This document shows positions 46,243 through 56,005 of a stretch of 64,000 nt of DNA, piece after piece (positions within the stretch are counted from its first letter, which is position 1; each line of letters begins with the position of its first letter). The position numbers and the translations under genes are program-made. Source of the DNA: a virus (Duplodnaviria; Caudoviricetes); IMG/VR virus record IMGVR_UViG_2582581314_000001, positions 29,903 to 93,902 of that record. One strand, written 5' to 3'. The notes beneath the pieces were generated by a model. The model saw nothing but the letters and a program-made list of their open reading frames with translations, had not been told where the DNA came from and did not search any database.

Positions 46243-48186
46243 TCAGCGTTTGATGCGTCCGCGTATCGCGAGGGCGGCGAGTGCGAGGAGGGTCGGCTCC
46301 AGGAGGCGGGAGGCCATCTCGATGTATGTCCCGGGGGTGGTGAGGTTCTGTCCGGAGGAGCGGAAGACGACCGAGTTCACGGCGACGCGGGTGGCTTTCT
46401 CTGCGCGGGTCCAGGTCATGCGCTGGGGCCATCCGCCGTGCAGGGCGGGGGCGGGGCTGCTGGTGGTGAGGCTGATGTTGCTGCCGTGGAGGGTGCCGGT
46501 GGTGGCGGGGTCGGGGTCGTGGGTGGGCAGGCCGAAGCCCATCAGGAGCAGCACGGTGATGGTCATGGCGGCGAGGAGCCAGCCGGTGGCGCGGGAGGCG
46601 CGCAGGCCGTAGCCGGAGAGCAGCCAGTACGCCCAGAGGAGGCGGCGCTCGCCTTTCGGGGTGCCGGTTGTGTCGTGGCGGCGCATCTCGCATTCGCCGT
46701 AGTAGAAGTCGGCGGCGCCGGGTTCGTTCTTGCCGTCCTCGAAGGCTTTGCGCAGCTGCCGGTAGAGCGCGGCGACGTCTTCGGGGTCGGGGGTGACGGC
46801 GGAGTCGGGGTGATGGGGTCCCGGACGCCACTGCCGGGGCAGTGCCGCGGTGCCTGGGGGGAGACCGGGCTGTCCGGCGTTCTGGGCGCGCCAGTGGTGT
46901 TCCTCGGCGAGAGTTCGTCGGCGGGTCCAGCGGATTGGCCATACACCCCGGTGGTGCCAGCCGGTGGGGGGGACGGCAAGGATGGTGCGTCCTTCGAGGC
47001 GGAGCTGGTCGAGGTGGAACGCTCCGGAGAACAGGCAGTCGGTCAGGTCGGTGTCGGTCAGGACCAGGTGGGCGGCGTCCACGCCCTGCACCGAGGCCAC
47101 CCGTACCTCGGAGGGCCCTGTCAGCAGGCTCTCGTCCACCGGCGTGCCGCTGCTATCGATGAAGGAGGTGGGATGGGCGGTGACCGCTACGGGGGCGGAC
47201 AGGACTGCGTGGCCAAGGTCCGCCGTCGCGTAGCGCAGGCGGATGGTTGCTATCGAGTCCCACCGGGTCCGCTCGCATTCCACCTTCCGCGCCGCTATCT
47301 CCAGCGTCACCGGCACCCTGAACACCGCCCCAGCCAGAACGACCCTGCCCGCACACACCACCGGGCCGAACGATGACGCACCGTCGAACTGTGCCCCGTC
47401 GAACCCGGCGTCGTCGGAGAATTGCGTTCCGTCGAACCAGGTGGGGCCGGAGAACTGCGCCCCTTCGAACACGGCGGTGCCGGAGAACTGCGCATCGGGG
47501 AACTGGGTGTGGCCGGAGAACTGTGCCCCTTGGAACACGGCGAGGCTGGAGAACTGCGTTCCGTCGAACCTGGTGGTGCTGGAGAACTGTGCTCCGTCGA
47601 ACCTGGCGGTGCTGGAGAACTGCGTTCCGTCGAACACGGCGGTGCCGGAGAACTGCGCCCCACCGAACACGGATAGGTCGGAGAACTGTGCCCCGTCGAA
47701 CCAGGTGGGGCCGGAGAACTGTGCCCCTTCGAACAGGGCGAGGCTGGAGAACTGCGCCCTCTCGAACTCGGCGGTGTCGGCGAACTGCGTTCCGTCGAAC
47801 CTGGCGGTGTCGGCGAACTGTGCTCCGCCGAACTTGGCGGTGCCGGAGAACCGCGCTCCGTCGAACCTGGCGAGGCCGGAGAACTGCGCCCAGTCGAAGT
47901 TGGCGAAGCCGAAGTGAGGGCTGCCCGTGGCGGGGTCAAGCAGCGCTTCGAGGAGCAGGCCCAGAAGGATCTCCGTGAAAGGTGTGCCGCGGTGGTCTAT
48001 GGCGGCACCGGCGGTCAGACCGGCCAGGTAGGCAGCGCGCTCGGAGTCGGTCAGGTGAGCGAGGCATACGGTGTGGCCGGAGACGTGGACACCACGGCAA
48101 CCGACGGGGTCGGTGGCAAGGTCAGCGCCGTGTGCGCAGTGGGGCCAGATAGGTGCTTGAGGTACAGGGGTTGGCGGCGTGTTCAT
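46243..48186 (-). CDS. Pentapeptide-repeat protein with C-terminal membrane domain
   Basis: Many tandem 11-aa FDGAQFSGTAx repeats; GYGLRASRA TM tail. Confidence 0.88.
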   Translation of the reverse strand: MNTPPTPVPQAPIWPHCAHGADLATDPVGCRGVHVSGHTVCLAHLTDSERAAYLAGLTAGAAIDHRGTPFTEILLGLLLEALLDPATGSPHFGFANFDWAQFSGLARFDGARFSGTAKFGGAQFADTARFDGTQFADTAEFERAQFSSLALFEGAQFSGPTWFDGAQFSDLSVFGGAQFSGTAVFDGTQFSSTARFDGAQFSSTTRFDGTQFSSLAVFQGAQFSGHTQFPDAQFSGTAVFEGAQFSGPTWFDGTQFSDDAGFDGAQFDGASSFGPVVCAGRVVLAGAVFRVPVTLEIAARKVECERTRWDSIATIRLRYATADLGHAVLSAPVAVTAHPTSFIDSSGTPVDESLLTGPSEVRVASVQGVDAAHLVLTDTDLTDCLFSGAFHLDQLRLEGRTILAVPPTGWHHRGVWPIRWTRRRTLAEEHHWRAQNAGQPGLPPGTAALPRQWRPGPHHPDSAVTPDPEDVAALYRQLRKAFEDGKNEPGAADFYYGECEMRRHDTTGTPKGERRLLWAYWLLSGYGLRASRATGWLLAAMTITVLLLMGFGLPTHDPDPATTGTLHGSNISLTTSSPAPALHGGWPQRMTWTRAEKATRVAVNSVVFRSSGQNLTTPGTYIEMASRLLEPTLLALAALAIRGRIKR

Positions 48187-48350
48187 CTCTTGGCGACTCC
48201 ACAGGTCCGTGCTGGTTCTCGCTCGCCTGCGATATCACGCAGAGGTGCGTCTAGCCGGTTCCTGCTCCGTGGCCACCTACAAATGAGCATGGCCAACTAT
48301 CGCTGAACGTCACATCGACGAGCCGTCGGCATGATGCTTGAATCGAACGT

Positions 48351-48779
48351 GTGAACGAGCAGCTGCCGCCGGACCCTCCTCGCCTCCGGGCGATCCTCGG
48401 GTACCTGGAAAAGCAGCTCGCCGAGGAAGAGGCGGTGGTCACCTACCTGCGGCTCCAGGTGGACACGGTGCGGCACGCCCTGACCGTGGCGGAGAACCGG
48501 AAGCCTGCGGAGCCTGGCCCTCCACGCCGGCCAGCAGCCCGTCCGGCACTGGGGCCCGCGCTGTCCCGCAGCGAGCGGGGGTCGACGGGCTTCGTGATCG
48601 AGCAGCGTCGGACTCCGACGGGCCCGCAGGAGGCTGCGGTGCATCTGGACGACTGCACGATGACCAGCAACATGACGCACCCGGTGACCGCGCACGAGGC
48701 TCGGTTGGCCTTGACGGATGCACAGCTGGAGGCGTGCGCGTTCTGCCGTCCGGACACGGAGCTGGGGATCCTGGACTAA
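48351..48779 (+). CDS. DUF6233-like protein
   Basis: LPPDPPRLR...VHLDDC...ACAFCRPDTELG, typical Streptomyces family. Confidence 0.78.
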   Translation: MNEQLPPDPPRLRAILGYLEKQLAEEEAVVTYLRLQVDTVRHALTVAENRKPAEPGPPRRPAARPALGPALSRSERGSTGFVIEQRRTPTGPQEAAVHLDDCTMTSNMTHPVTAHEARLALTDAQLEACAFCRPDTELGILD

Positions 48780-48901
48780 GCGGACTCGGTGAAGTCGGGT
48801 GCTGATCCCTTGGTGACCGATGACCCAGCCATCCTGGTCCCATGGGGTCCGGGGCTCCCCCTGGAATCTGTTCGTCGCCGGACCGCGCGGGAGGTGCTTA
48901 G
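48776..48901 (+). mobile_element. ~126-bp MITE-like element, left copy
   Basis: Ends CTAAGCG...TGCTTAG; inverted near-copy at 49485..49611. Confidence 0.7.
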
Positions 48902-48924
48902 TCGCTAAGCGGTACGGTGCCCAC

Positions 48925-49488
48925 GTGCAGCTGCCAACCGTGCTTCTCGTTGCAGCCGAAAAGTCCGCGGGCCCACCTGCCTGGTTGGTCTATGTGGCGT
49001 TTTGCGTTGCTCTGCTGTCGATGATCGGCACGTTAGGCAACTTTCTGGGAACCCGGTACCAGCATGCTCGTGACGCGCGGCGCCAGTATGCGGAGAAGGT
49101 GGCTGCATGGGCCGGGGATCACACGAGCTGTCCTGAAGCACCCGGCGACACGTATCACTTTCACAAGGTCGTCGTGTACAACGGCTCTGCCCAGCCGGTG
49201 TACGGCGTGTCAGTGAGGGTGCCCTCCGGCGCGTGGCCTGCGCGTATCAGTCTGGTGGGCCTCGTCCCCCCAGGCGAGAAAGTCGAGCATGAGGTTGGAT
49301 GCACCGGCCAGTCGGGACGCCTCTTTGCGGGACCGATCATGATGACTTTCATCGACGCCCGCGGCGAGCAATGGCGCCGAGACGGGACCGGGAGGCTCGA
49401 TGATCCTGGGCTACTGCGGGCATTGCTCGCGAAGTTGCGGCGCAAGCTGAGCACACTGATGTCGACGCTGCGGCGCAAGTCGCACTAA
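48925..49488 (+). CDS. Cargo membrane-anchored hypothetical protein
   Basis: N-terminal TM, VYNGSAQPVY...TFIDARGEQWRRD; lower GC; TTA codon. Confidence 0.65.
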   Translation: MQLPTVLLVAAEKSAGPPAWLVYVAFCVALLSMIGTLGNFLGTRYQHARDARRQYAEKVAAWAGDHTSCPEAPGDTYHFHKVVVYNGSAQPVYGVSVRVPSGAWPARISLVGLVPPGEKVEHEVGCTGQSGRLFAGPIMMTFIDARGEQWRRDGTGRLDDPGLLRALLAKLRRKLSTLMSTLRRKSH

Positions 49489-49611
49489 GCGCCTTCGGCG
49501 AGGTCCGGCGACGAGCAGATCCCGGGGGTGGCCCCGAACCCCGTGGCACCAGGATGGCTGTGTCATGCAGTCACCAAGGGATCAGCACCCGACTTCACCG
49601 AGACCGCTTAG
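49485..49611 (-). mobile_element. ~127-bp MITE-like element, right copy
   Basis: Ends CTAAGCG...CGCTTAG; reverse complement aligns to 48776..48901. Confidence 0.7.
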
Positions 49612-49717
49612 GTCGGCGGGCGCGCGGCCGTTCATGGGCGGAGGCTGAGCCGACGGGCAGTTCGGCGATACGGCGACGTTTCCGTTTATTGATCGTTTAA
49701 CCTCACGGTTTGGACTT

Positions 49718-49996
49718 GTGCCATTGATGAGAGGTCTCGCCGTGCGGTTGCGCTACTCGGTCCCTTTGCCCGGCCCGTTCTCCGTCGGCGGTTCCGTCCG
49801 GCTGACGGGCGGTCGCCGTGGTGGGGGCGCCGGCTTGCTCGTCGGATTCTTCAAGCTGTGTGCGTACTTGCTGCTCGCCGAGATGTGGCTGTTCTGGTGG
49901 TGCGTGAAGCCGTTCTACATCGTCGGCGTGCTGGTGCACCGCAAGGCCACTGGGCGGCCCACGCCGATCTGGAGGTCGCGGGGCGGCTGGTGGTAG
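49718..49996 (+). CDS. Small membrane protein
   Basis: VPLPGPFSV motif, hydrophobic helix. Confidence 0.5.
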   Translation: MPLMRGLAVRLRYSVPLPGPFSVGGSVRLTGGRRGGGAGLLVGFFKLCAYLLLAEMWLFWWCVKPFYIVGVLVHRKATGRPTPIWRSRGGWW

Positions 49997-50356
49997 GCCG
50001 TTGCAGCGCGCGTTCCTGGAACCCGTGATGATCTCGACGTGCTGACGATCACCTCGTACGCTGGTCGTGCGCGTCCACGCAAAGCCCCCGACTGACGTCG
50101 GGGGCTTTGCGTTTGCCCGGGTCAGTCGATGGCGGGCGGGCTGTCCTGCTGCTGTGTCTCGCGCTCGATGATGCCGAAGGCTTCGGCGATGGCGGCGCCG
50201 AGGAGGTGTCGGGGCACGGTCGCCCGGTACTCGACGCGGACGCCCTTGCGGGGCGGCTGGTTTGCGTCGAGACGCGGGCGGGCGGGTTGGGGCTGTCGCT
50301 CATGAGGCGTCCTTAAGCCCCTTGTTGGACATGTCCGCCGTGGGTGCTGGTTGGGG

Positions 50357-51154
50357 TCAGCCTCGAAGTTGGTCCTCGATGGCCTGCTTGAGGGACCGGT
50401 TGTGCACAGAACCCGCCCACGAGGTGAACGTGAAGTTCTTGCCAGCCTGGACGGCACGTTCGCGCGCCTCACCGAGGAAGTACAGGCCAACTTCGCTGGC
50501 GCTGACGATGACGATGGCGTGCACGTCGTCATCGTTAAGGTAGTCCGGCCGTACGAGTCGGCGCAGTACGTCGGGCGGCATGGCCTTTGAGGGGTTGCCG
50601 AGCCGGGTTTCGACCACTGCCCGCTTCCCACCGAGGGTCACGACGATGTCGGCGCGGGTGGACCCGATCGGAACTTCGCGCTGGACTGCGTCGCCGAAGT
50701 ACTCAGTCAGGACGCCCGCAACCGATTCCTCGTAGGCGGCTTCGCTCATCTCGGTGATGTCTTTGTCGCGTTCAAGCTGGCTCTGCACGGGGGCCGGGGC
50801 GTTGACGATGGCGTCTACGACCTGTTCAGGACTATCGGCCAGGTTCACCTCATCCTTGACCTCCTGCATGGTCATGCTGCCGTCCTTGAGGTTCATGGAG
50901 GCGATCTGTCGCCCCATCGCACCCAGGACCACGAGGAGGGCGCCAATGGTGATGAGGGCAGTCGGGCCGGCTTCGACTTTCGTCTTAAAGACGGCCCAGC
51001 CACCGGCAGCGACCATGGCGGTGCCAAGGGACATAAGCGCTGCACGGGTTCGCGTGGTGAGCCTGCCCATCGCGCGTAGACGCTCGGCACGTTGGGCACG
51101 CACGGTACGCCAGCGGGCTATGCGGCTGGACCGTGTGGGTGCGGTGGTGGTCAT
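50357..51154 (-). CDS. Two-TM protein with PD-(D/E)XK restriction-endonuclease-like domain
   Basis: EESV...EVPIGSTRADIVV...AVVETR; lower GC moron. Confidence 0.65.
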   Translation of the reverse strand: MTTTAPTRSSRIARWRTVRAQRAERLRAMGRLTTRTRAALMSLGTAMVAAGGWAVFKTKVEAGPTALITIGALLVVLGAMGRQIASMNLKDGSMTMQEVKDEVNLADSPEQVVDAIVNAPAPVQSQLERDKDITEMSEAAYEESVAGVLTEYFGDAVQREVPIGSTRADIVVTLGGKRAVVETRLGNPSKAMPPDVLRRLVRPDYLNDDDVHAIVIVSASEVGLYFLGEARERAVQAGKNFTFTSWAGSVHNRSLKQAIEDQLRG

Positions 51155-51268
51155 GGCGCGCAGCTTAGGGCTCACGAACACCGCACGCTGCCGATGTGAA
51201 GAGGCGCCCCGCCGTTGAGCTACAGGGGTTGGGCCCGGCCGCCGTGGCGAGCGGCCGGGCGGGGCGGG

Positions 51269-51553
51269 TCAGTTGGGGTCGCGTCGAGGAGCGGGCACCG
51301 GTTGCTGCCGGGCCTTCCATGCGCGGTAGGTGGTCAAGGTGCGGCGGGGCCGGAACACCCAGAGGCAGGCGGCGGCCACGAGGACGATCGGGAGGGCCAG
51401 CCAGAAGCGGGGGGAGCGGCGGGAGGCACTGGCCACCTGCCAGTCGGCCCAGGCGACGAGGGCCTTCACGACGCAGCCCCGGCCGGTGGCGTATCCGCCG
51501 ATCCACATGCAGGCGAGCGCGAACGAGATCAGCAGCCAGTCCTGTTGGGTCAC
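51269..51553 (-). CDS. Small membrane protein
   Basis: GTGA overlap; two hydrophobic segments. Confidence 0.55.
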   Translation of the reverse strand: MTQQDWLLISFALACMWIGGYATGRGCVVKALVAWADWQVASASRRSPRFWLALPIVLVAAACLWVFRPRRTLTTYRAWKARQQPVPAPRRDPN

Positions 51554-51798
51554 GTCTGCCGCCCCGGGCCGGTGGGCGAGGCGGCCTCTGCTGCGGCCTG
51601 GCGGCCGGCGGCGCGTTCGCGGGACGATGCCCAGGCGAGGACGAGCGAGCCGTACAGGAAGCCGACGACCGGCACGACGTAGCCGCCGTCGTCGAGGCCG
51701 AAGGTCACGGCCGACCAGGCGGCGACGGCGACCCCGGCGAAGGCCAGACAGACGGCACCCGCGATGAGGGCGCGGGCGTAGCGGCGGTGGGTGTCCAC
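51550..51798 (-). CDS. Small membrane protein
   Basis: Two TM helices. Confidence 0.5.
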   Translation of the reverse strand: MDTHRRYARALIAGAVCLAFAGVAVAAWSAVTFGLDDGGYVVPVVGFLYGSLVLAWASSRERAAGRQAAAEAASPTGPGRQT

Positions 51799-52001
51799 AG
51801 GTCGATCTCGATCTCGTGCGGTGGGACACCGGCAGCGAGCTGCCGGTGGAGGATCTGGAGCCGGACTATGGCGAGGCCGTCGCGGCTGCTGAGGGCCCGG
51901 CGGGTGGGGCCGGGCAGTGCGTCCCAGCAGTCCCAGCACAGGTACTGGCCGGCCCTGCGCTGGGCCTTGCAAGCGGGGTTGGGGCAGTTGAGTGCGCTCA
52001 T
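51705..52001 (-). CDS. Small zinc-binding protein
   Basis: CPNPAC...LCWDCW. Confidence 0.5.
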   Translation of the reverse strand: MSALNCPNPACKAQRRAGQYLCWDCWDALPGPTRRALSSRDGLAIVRLQILHRQLAAGVPPHEIEIDLWTPTAATPAPSSRVPSVWPSPGSPSPPGRP

Positions 52002-52316
52002 GAGCCTGTTATCCCTGTGCGTGCGGAGTCGGCGGATCAGGGCCCCGCCCGCAGCGGCACACGCGAGGGACACCGCTGCGGCCAGGGCGGTGAGCGGCGC
52101 CAGAACTCCGACCAGCCGCCCACCGGTCCTCGGGGGTTCCCTCGGGGGCGTTCGGGGTGGCGGTCCCAGATGCGGGCGGCGTCGTTCCATGCGCGGATGC
52201 GGCACCAGGTCGGGACGGGTGCGCACTGGAACGTGAAGGCTTCGATCCGGCGCCATTCGCGGGCGTGCCGCCACCGCTTCCAGCGGCGGCGCATACCCAT
52301 CGGGATCAGGCGCACG

Positions 52317-53189
52317 TCAGCAGTCGTCCGGGTTCGGGGTGGACGGGGTGCAGGTGTATGCCGGTCCCGCGCAGCAGGGGCGAAGGCCGTCGTCGGCGCG
52401 GTCGTGGTCCGGGTGAAGGGCTCGCTGCTGGCGGCAGTGCTTGCAGTTGGGGAGCCGCCGCTTTGCGTCGCTCTCGCCCTGGTACTCCGGCTCGAAGCCG
52501 GGGCAGGCACTCAAGGCCTTGTCGGGCCAGTGCGGTTCGAGGTCGACGACCGGCTCCAGGCGCTCGCCGCAGTCGGCGCACTTCCGGGACTTCACCCACA
52601 TCTGCCGGGCGTTGCGGTACTCGCTGGTGACCTCCCATGCGAGGTGCGCGCACTCGGGCTCGACGACGGCCTCCAGGGGCTCCCCGCAGTGTCGGCAGCG
52701 GCGGCGGCGGACGAAGCCGGCCGCCGTGCTGAACTCGTCGTTGTCCTCGTGCGCGCACTCGGTCGCCGCGTCGGGGACGGCGTCGAGACTGGCAATAGCG
52801 GCGCGCTGCCCATCCGGGCACATCTCGGCGAGCCGCATGCCGGTCCAGCAGGTGCCGCACTTCGCGGCGTGCGCAACAGCGGCGTCGTGCGCGACGGCGA
52901 CGGCCTGGAGGAGCGGCATCGACTGGACCGGCTTCGGGTCCTCGCCGTGGATCCACGCGGCGAGCGCGTCGGCGTACACGCGGCGAGCGCGCGTCGCCTG
53001 CTCGTCGACGCCCTGGGCCTGGTGGCGCAGTCGGCCCAGGTGCGGGGCGAACTCGGCGGCCTTCCGGGCGAGCGGCTCGGGCAGCACCTCAGCCAACCGG
53101 ACCGGGGTCCGCATGATGCCGTGGCCGGGGTCGAGGCACAGCTTCAGGAAGCTGCGGAGCGCCTCGGGGGTGTCGTACTGCTGCTGCAA
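52317..53189 (-). CDS. Cys-rich hypothetical protein
   Basis: AAGGAG RBS before TTG; tandem ECAH...CxxCGE repeats. Confidence 0.6.
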   Translation of the reverse strand: MQQQYDTPEALRSFLKLCLDPGHGIMRTPVRLAEVLPEPLARKAAEFAPHLGRLRHQAQGVDEQATRARRVYADALAAWIHGEDPKPVQSMPLLQAVAVAHDAAVAHAAKCGTCWTGMRLAEMCPDGQRAAIASLDAVPDAATECAHEDNDEFSTAAGFVRRRRCRHCGEPLEAVVEPECAHLAWEVTSEYRNARQMWVKSRKCADCGERLEPVVDLEPHWPDKALSACPGFEPEYQGESDAKRRLPNCKHCRQQRALHPDHDRADDGLRPCCAGPAYTCTPSTPNPDDC

Positions 53190-53208
53190 CGGGTTCTCCT
53201 TCGTGTGG

Positions 53209-54261
53209 TCAGGTGCCGACTCGGCGGAGGCTGGCAGCCTCGGCGTGCTCGGCGTACAGGCAGTCGGGGCAGCGGGCGGCCGGGTCACGGTCACGGAAGT
53301 CGCGGCCACATCCGCAGGTCCGCAGAGGCGCCAACGGGTCCGGCATGGACGGCCGGAAGGTCGCTGGGACGTCCTCGTGTGGCTCGCCGGGGGCGGAGGG
53401 AACCGGCATCAACAGCGGGGCCTGAACAGGCTTGCTGCGCCCCTCACGGGGCCGACGGCGGGCCGAGGTGTCCCGGTGGGCGGAGCAGCGTTTCGACCCG
53501 GCGCGGACCAGCGGATGCCCGCACACCTCGCACCGGCCGAACGGCTGGTCGTCCTGGTCGTTGTCCTGGTTCGGGGATTGATCGCTCTGTGCCGACGAGC
53601 CCCCAACCAGCTGAGGTTGAGTAACTACATCAGCCACCTCATGGGGAACCCCATGGGAACTACCTGGGTTGTTCGGGCCTCCGCGGCCCGAACCGGTCGG
53701 TCCACTGTGGTCCGAACCCATACGTGCCTCTGTGGACCGAACCGATTCCTCGTCCTCAGCCCCAAGTTCGGGCCTCTGCGGCCCGAACTCGTTCGGTCCA
53801 CAGAGGCCCGAACTGTCGTCATCGGAGTTCGTGCCACTGCGGCCCGAACTTCCTTCCGCGTCATCGTCCTGGGCACGTCGACGGGCGGTGGCCTTCAGGT
53901 AGTCCTCGGCGGCCTTCCAGTCCGGCCACGGGATATCACTGGCGATGGCGTACCGGGTGGGCTTACCTCGACGACGCTCGCCGTCGACCAGCACCACGCC
54001 CGCCCGTATGCCCGCATCCAGGTACCGGCGCGCATCGTGCTCACGGCATCCGGCGGCCTTCGCCAGGTCCTGAATCCTGATCGGCTTGCCGTCCCTGAAG
54101 CGCAGTTCGCCCGAAGGGGCGGCCATAGCGCGCAGGGCGTACAGCATCGTCAGGAAACCGCCCTTGAGGCCGCGGGGCATCTGCCGCGTCCACTTCCAGG
54201 CCAGCGCGTTGCCGAAGGAGTTCGGCACGGCGCCTTCCTTGCGGTCGTCCTGCTCGTCCAC
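53209..54261 (-). CDS. Phage replication initiator (HTH + iteron region + Zn motifs)
   Basis: N-terminal wHTH (IQDLAKAAGCREHDARRYL), internal DNA repeats, lambda-O-like position. Confidence 0.65.
   Translation of the reverse strand: MDEQDDRKEGAVPNSFGNALAWKWTRQMPRGLKGGFLTMLYALRAMAAPSGELRFRDGKPIRIQDLAKAAGCREHDARRYLDAGIRAGVVLVDGERRRGKPTRYAIASDIPWPDWKAAEDYLKATARRRAQDDDAEGSSGRSGTNSDDDSSGLCGPNEFGPQRPELGAEDEESVRSTEARMGSDHSGPTGSGRGGPNNPGSSHGVPHEVADVVTQPQLVGGSSAQSDQSPNQDNDQDDQPFGRCEVCGHPLVRAGSKRCSAHRDTSARRRPREGRSKPVQAPLLMPVPSAPGEPHEDVPATFRPSMPDPLAPLRTCGCGRDFRDRDPAARCPDCLYAEHAEAASLRRVGT
53671..53849. repeat. Six ~23-bp palindromic iterons (putative origin)
   Basis: gttcgggcctccgcggcccgaac and variants at 53671, 53696, 53721, 53766, 53791, 53827. 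Confidence 0.75.
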
Positions 54262-54315
54262 TGGCTGTCTCTCTGGTCGTGCTGGTCAGGTGAGGTCAGG
54301 CGTTGACGGCCGCGC

Positions 54316-54700
54316 TCATCGCGACGCCTTCTTGTTCAGGTAGGGCAGGTGCTGCTCCAGCAACCGCACTTCGAGTTCGTACGCGTGGTCGCGGTCGCGG
54401 CACGGGTGTGCCTGCCACCGGACGAAGGGCTTGCCGTCCTTCTTGTGCTGCCGCAGGCGATCGCTCAAGCGCTTGGTGGAGCCGACGTAGCAAGGCACGT
54501 TGGCCTCGTCGAAGAGCACGTAAACGACGGAGATGCCCGAGCCCGGGACGGGAGAGTTCTGCGGGTAGGGGTAGTCCCCGACCCCGCTGGACGGCCCAGA
54601 CGGCCGCGCGATGGGTCATGGAGGCCAGGACCCGCGGATGCCCGAGGAGGCCCGCAGAGCCGGTCAGGTCGGTGAACAGGTAGAGGCCGACGAGGATCAC
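54316..54700 (-). pseudogene. GIY-YIG nuclease, apparently frameshifted
   Basis: VVYVLF..CYVGST..LSDRL..H...ELE..LL...P.LN; in-frame TGA upstream with no start, while the coupled start (54700) is in another frame. Confidence 0.55.
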
Positions 54701-55014
54701 CGGCCACCTCCGACGCGCCCATCTCGGTCACGGAGGCGCTCGTCAAGATGGATGACACCGAGGCAGCGGGTCATCGGCTCGTCGCTCTGCCGCCCCTCGC
54801 ACGTGGCCACGTGGGGCCTGTGCAGCTTCTCGTAGGGAGCGACCGGCAGTTCCTCCGTCGGTCGGCGCGAGAGCCACGTGCCCCGCCCGTCCCGGGAGAC
54901 GGCAGTGTTGCCGTCCGGGTGCGGCTCTGCGTCGACGGCGAGCCGCTTCCTGCCCTCGGTGATGGTCCACCGGATTGCGGCGCCGCAGACTCCGCAATGC
55001 GAGGGGCTGGGCAT
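54697..55014 (-). CDS. Hypothetical zinc-binding phage protein
   Basis: CGVCGAAIRW.IT...VDAEP...PHVATC. Confidence 0.7.
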   Translation of the reverse strand: MPSPSHCGVCGAAIRWTITEGRKRLAVDAEPHPDGNTAVSRDGRGTWLSRRPTEELPVAPYEKLHRPHVATCEGRQSDEPMTRCLGVIHLDERLRDRDGRVGGGR

Positions 55015-55343
55015 CAGGCCACCGCCTTCCGGGGCCGCCCGTGCTGGTCGCGCATCTCGACGCCGGCCGCGAGGAGACGCGTCCGTATGAACGCGTACCC
55101 GTACCCGGTGCGCTTCTGGATGGTGCGGATGCTCATGCCGCGCCCGAACTGGCCGACCCGGTACAGGACCGCAAGGTGCTCAGCGACCGGATCGGCTTCC
55201 ATGGGACGTCCGCCGCTGGGGCGGAGTTCCACCCCGGCGGCCAGCAACTGCCGCCGCGCAGTCGAGTAGCTGCGGCCGATCTCCTCGGCCACGCTGCGGA
55301 TACCCAGGCCCTCCTGGTAGAGGGCAGCGACGTCCACGGACAC
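55014..55343 (-). CDS. Tandem HTH protein
   Basis: Two copies of LY..G.SIR.....G.SY...R..LLAAGVE(L/M)R. Confidence 0.75.
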   Translation of the reverse strand: MSVDVAALYQEGLGIRSVAEEIGRSYSTARRQLLAAGVELRPSGGRPMEADPVAEHLAVLYRVGQFGRGMSIRTIQKRTGYGYAFIRTRLLAAGVEMRDQHGRPRKAVA

Positions 55344-55649
55344 GAACGAACCTTTCTGCACTGGTGGATTTGAGGCCGGGGAAGGGGTCAGGCCCAGAAG
55401 ACGAGGGCTACGGCCAGCCCGAGTACGGGCGACCATGGGCCGACGCCAGGTATGAACGCGGTCGCGGCCCAGGTCACGACGCCGAACGACAGGCCGACTA
55501 TGAACTTGCGGATCGCCTTCACGGCACCGCCTTTCACGTGCGTGGGAGTTGGGCCGGGCCCGCCCGTAGGGGCGAGACGGGCCCCGGTGCGGGCCGCGGC
55601 GTAGGGGCGCCGGACTCGGCCGCAGGAGGGTGGTCAGTGGGCGCGACGG

Positions 55650-55976
55650 TCAGTCGTCGTCGCAGTCGAACCAGTCGTCGTCGTGATGGCCGTGGCTTGT
55701 CCCGTGGCGACTGATGCCGTGATGGCCGGGCGACTTGGGCGAGTTGCCGCGCGACTTCTTCGCCGCCTTCCCACCGCTCGACTTCCTGCTGCTCGACTTG
55801 CTGCCACCGCCCTTGCTTGCGGGCGCGGCCACCAGCTCGACGGCGAGCGCGCCGCCTTGGTCCTGCTGGACGACGCCGATCGCGTCGCAGTCGTCGTCGG
55901 CCGCCGTGTCGCAACCGACCGCGCCGAGGGAGCCGACGAGCACGAGGGCCGCCGCAGCTCCGATCAGCTTGTTCAT
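55650..55976 (-). CDS. Putative lipoprotein
   Basis: MNK signal peptide with AVGC lipobox; Ser/Lys/His-rich tail; AGGAG RBS. Confidence 0.6.
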   Translation of the reverse strand: MNKLIGAAAALVLVGSLGAVGCDTAADDDCDAIGVVQQDQGGALAVELVAAPASKGGGSKSSSRKSSGGKAAKKSRGNSPKSPGHHGISRHGTSHGHHDDDWFDCDDD

Positions 55977-56005
55977 CAATCCGCTCCTGAAGTGGTGCGC
56001 GCGTC

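Noticed and set aside
47380-47910. 33-bp tandem repeats as CRISPR or VNTR
   Set aside because: In-frame 11-aa pentapeptide coding repeats with no unique spacers
50049-50303. Small gene MSDSPNPP...
   Set aside because: Plausible coding signal seems to switch frame into 50122..50250; cannot define a reliable CDS
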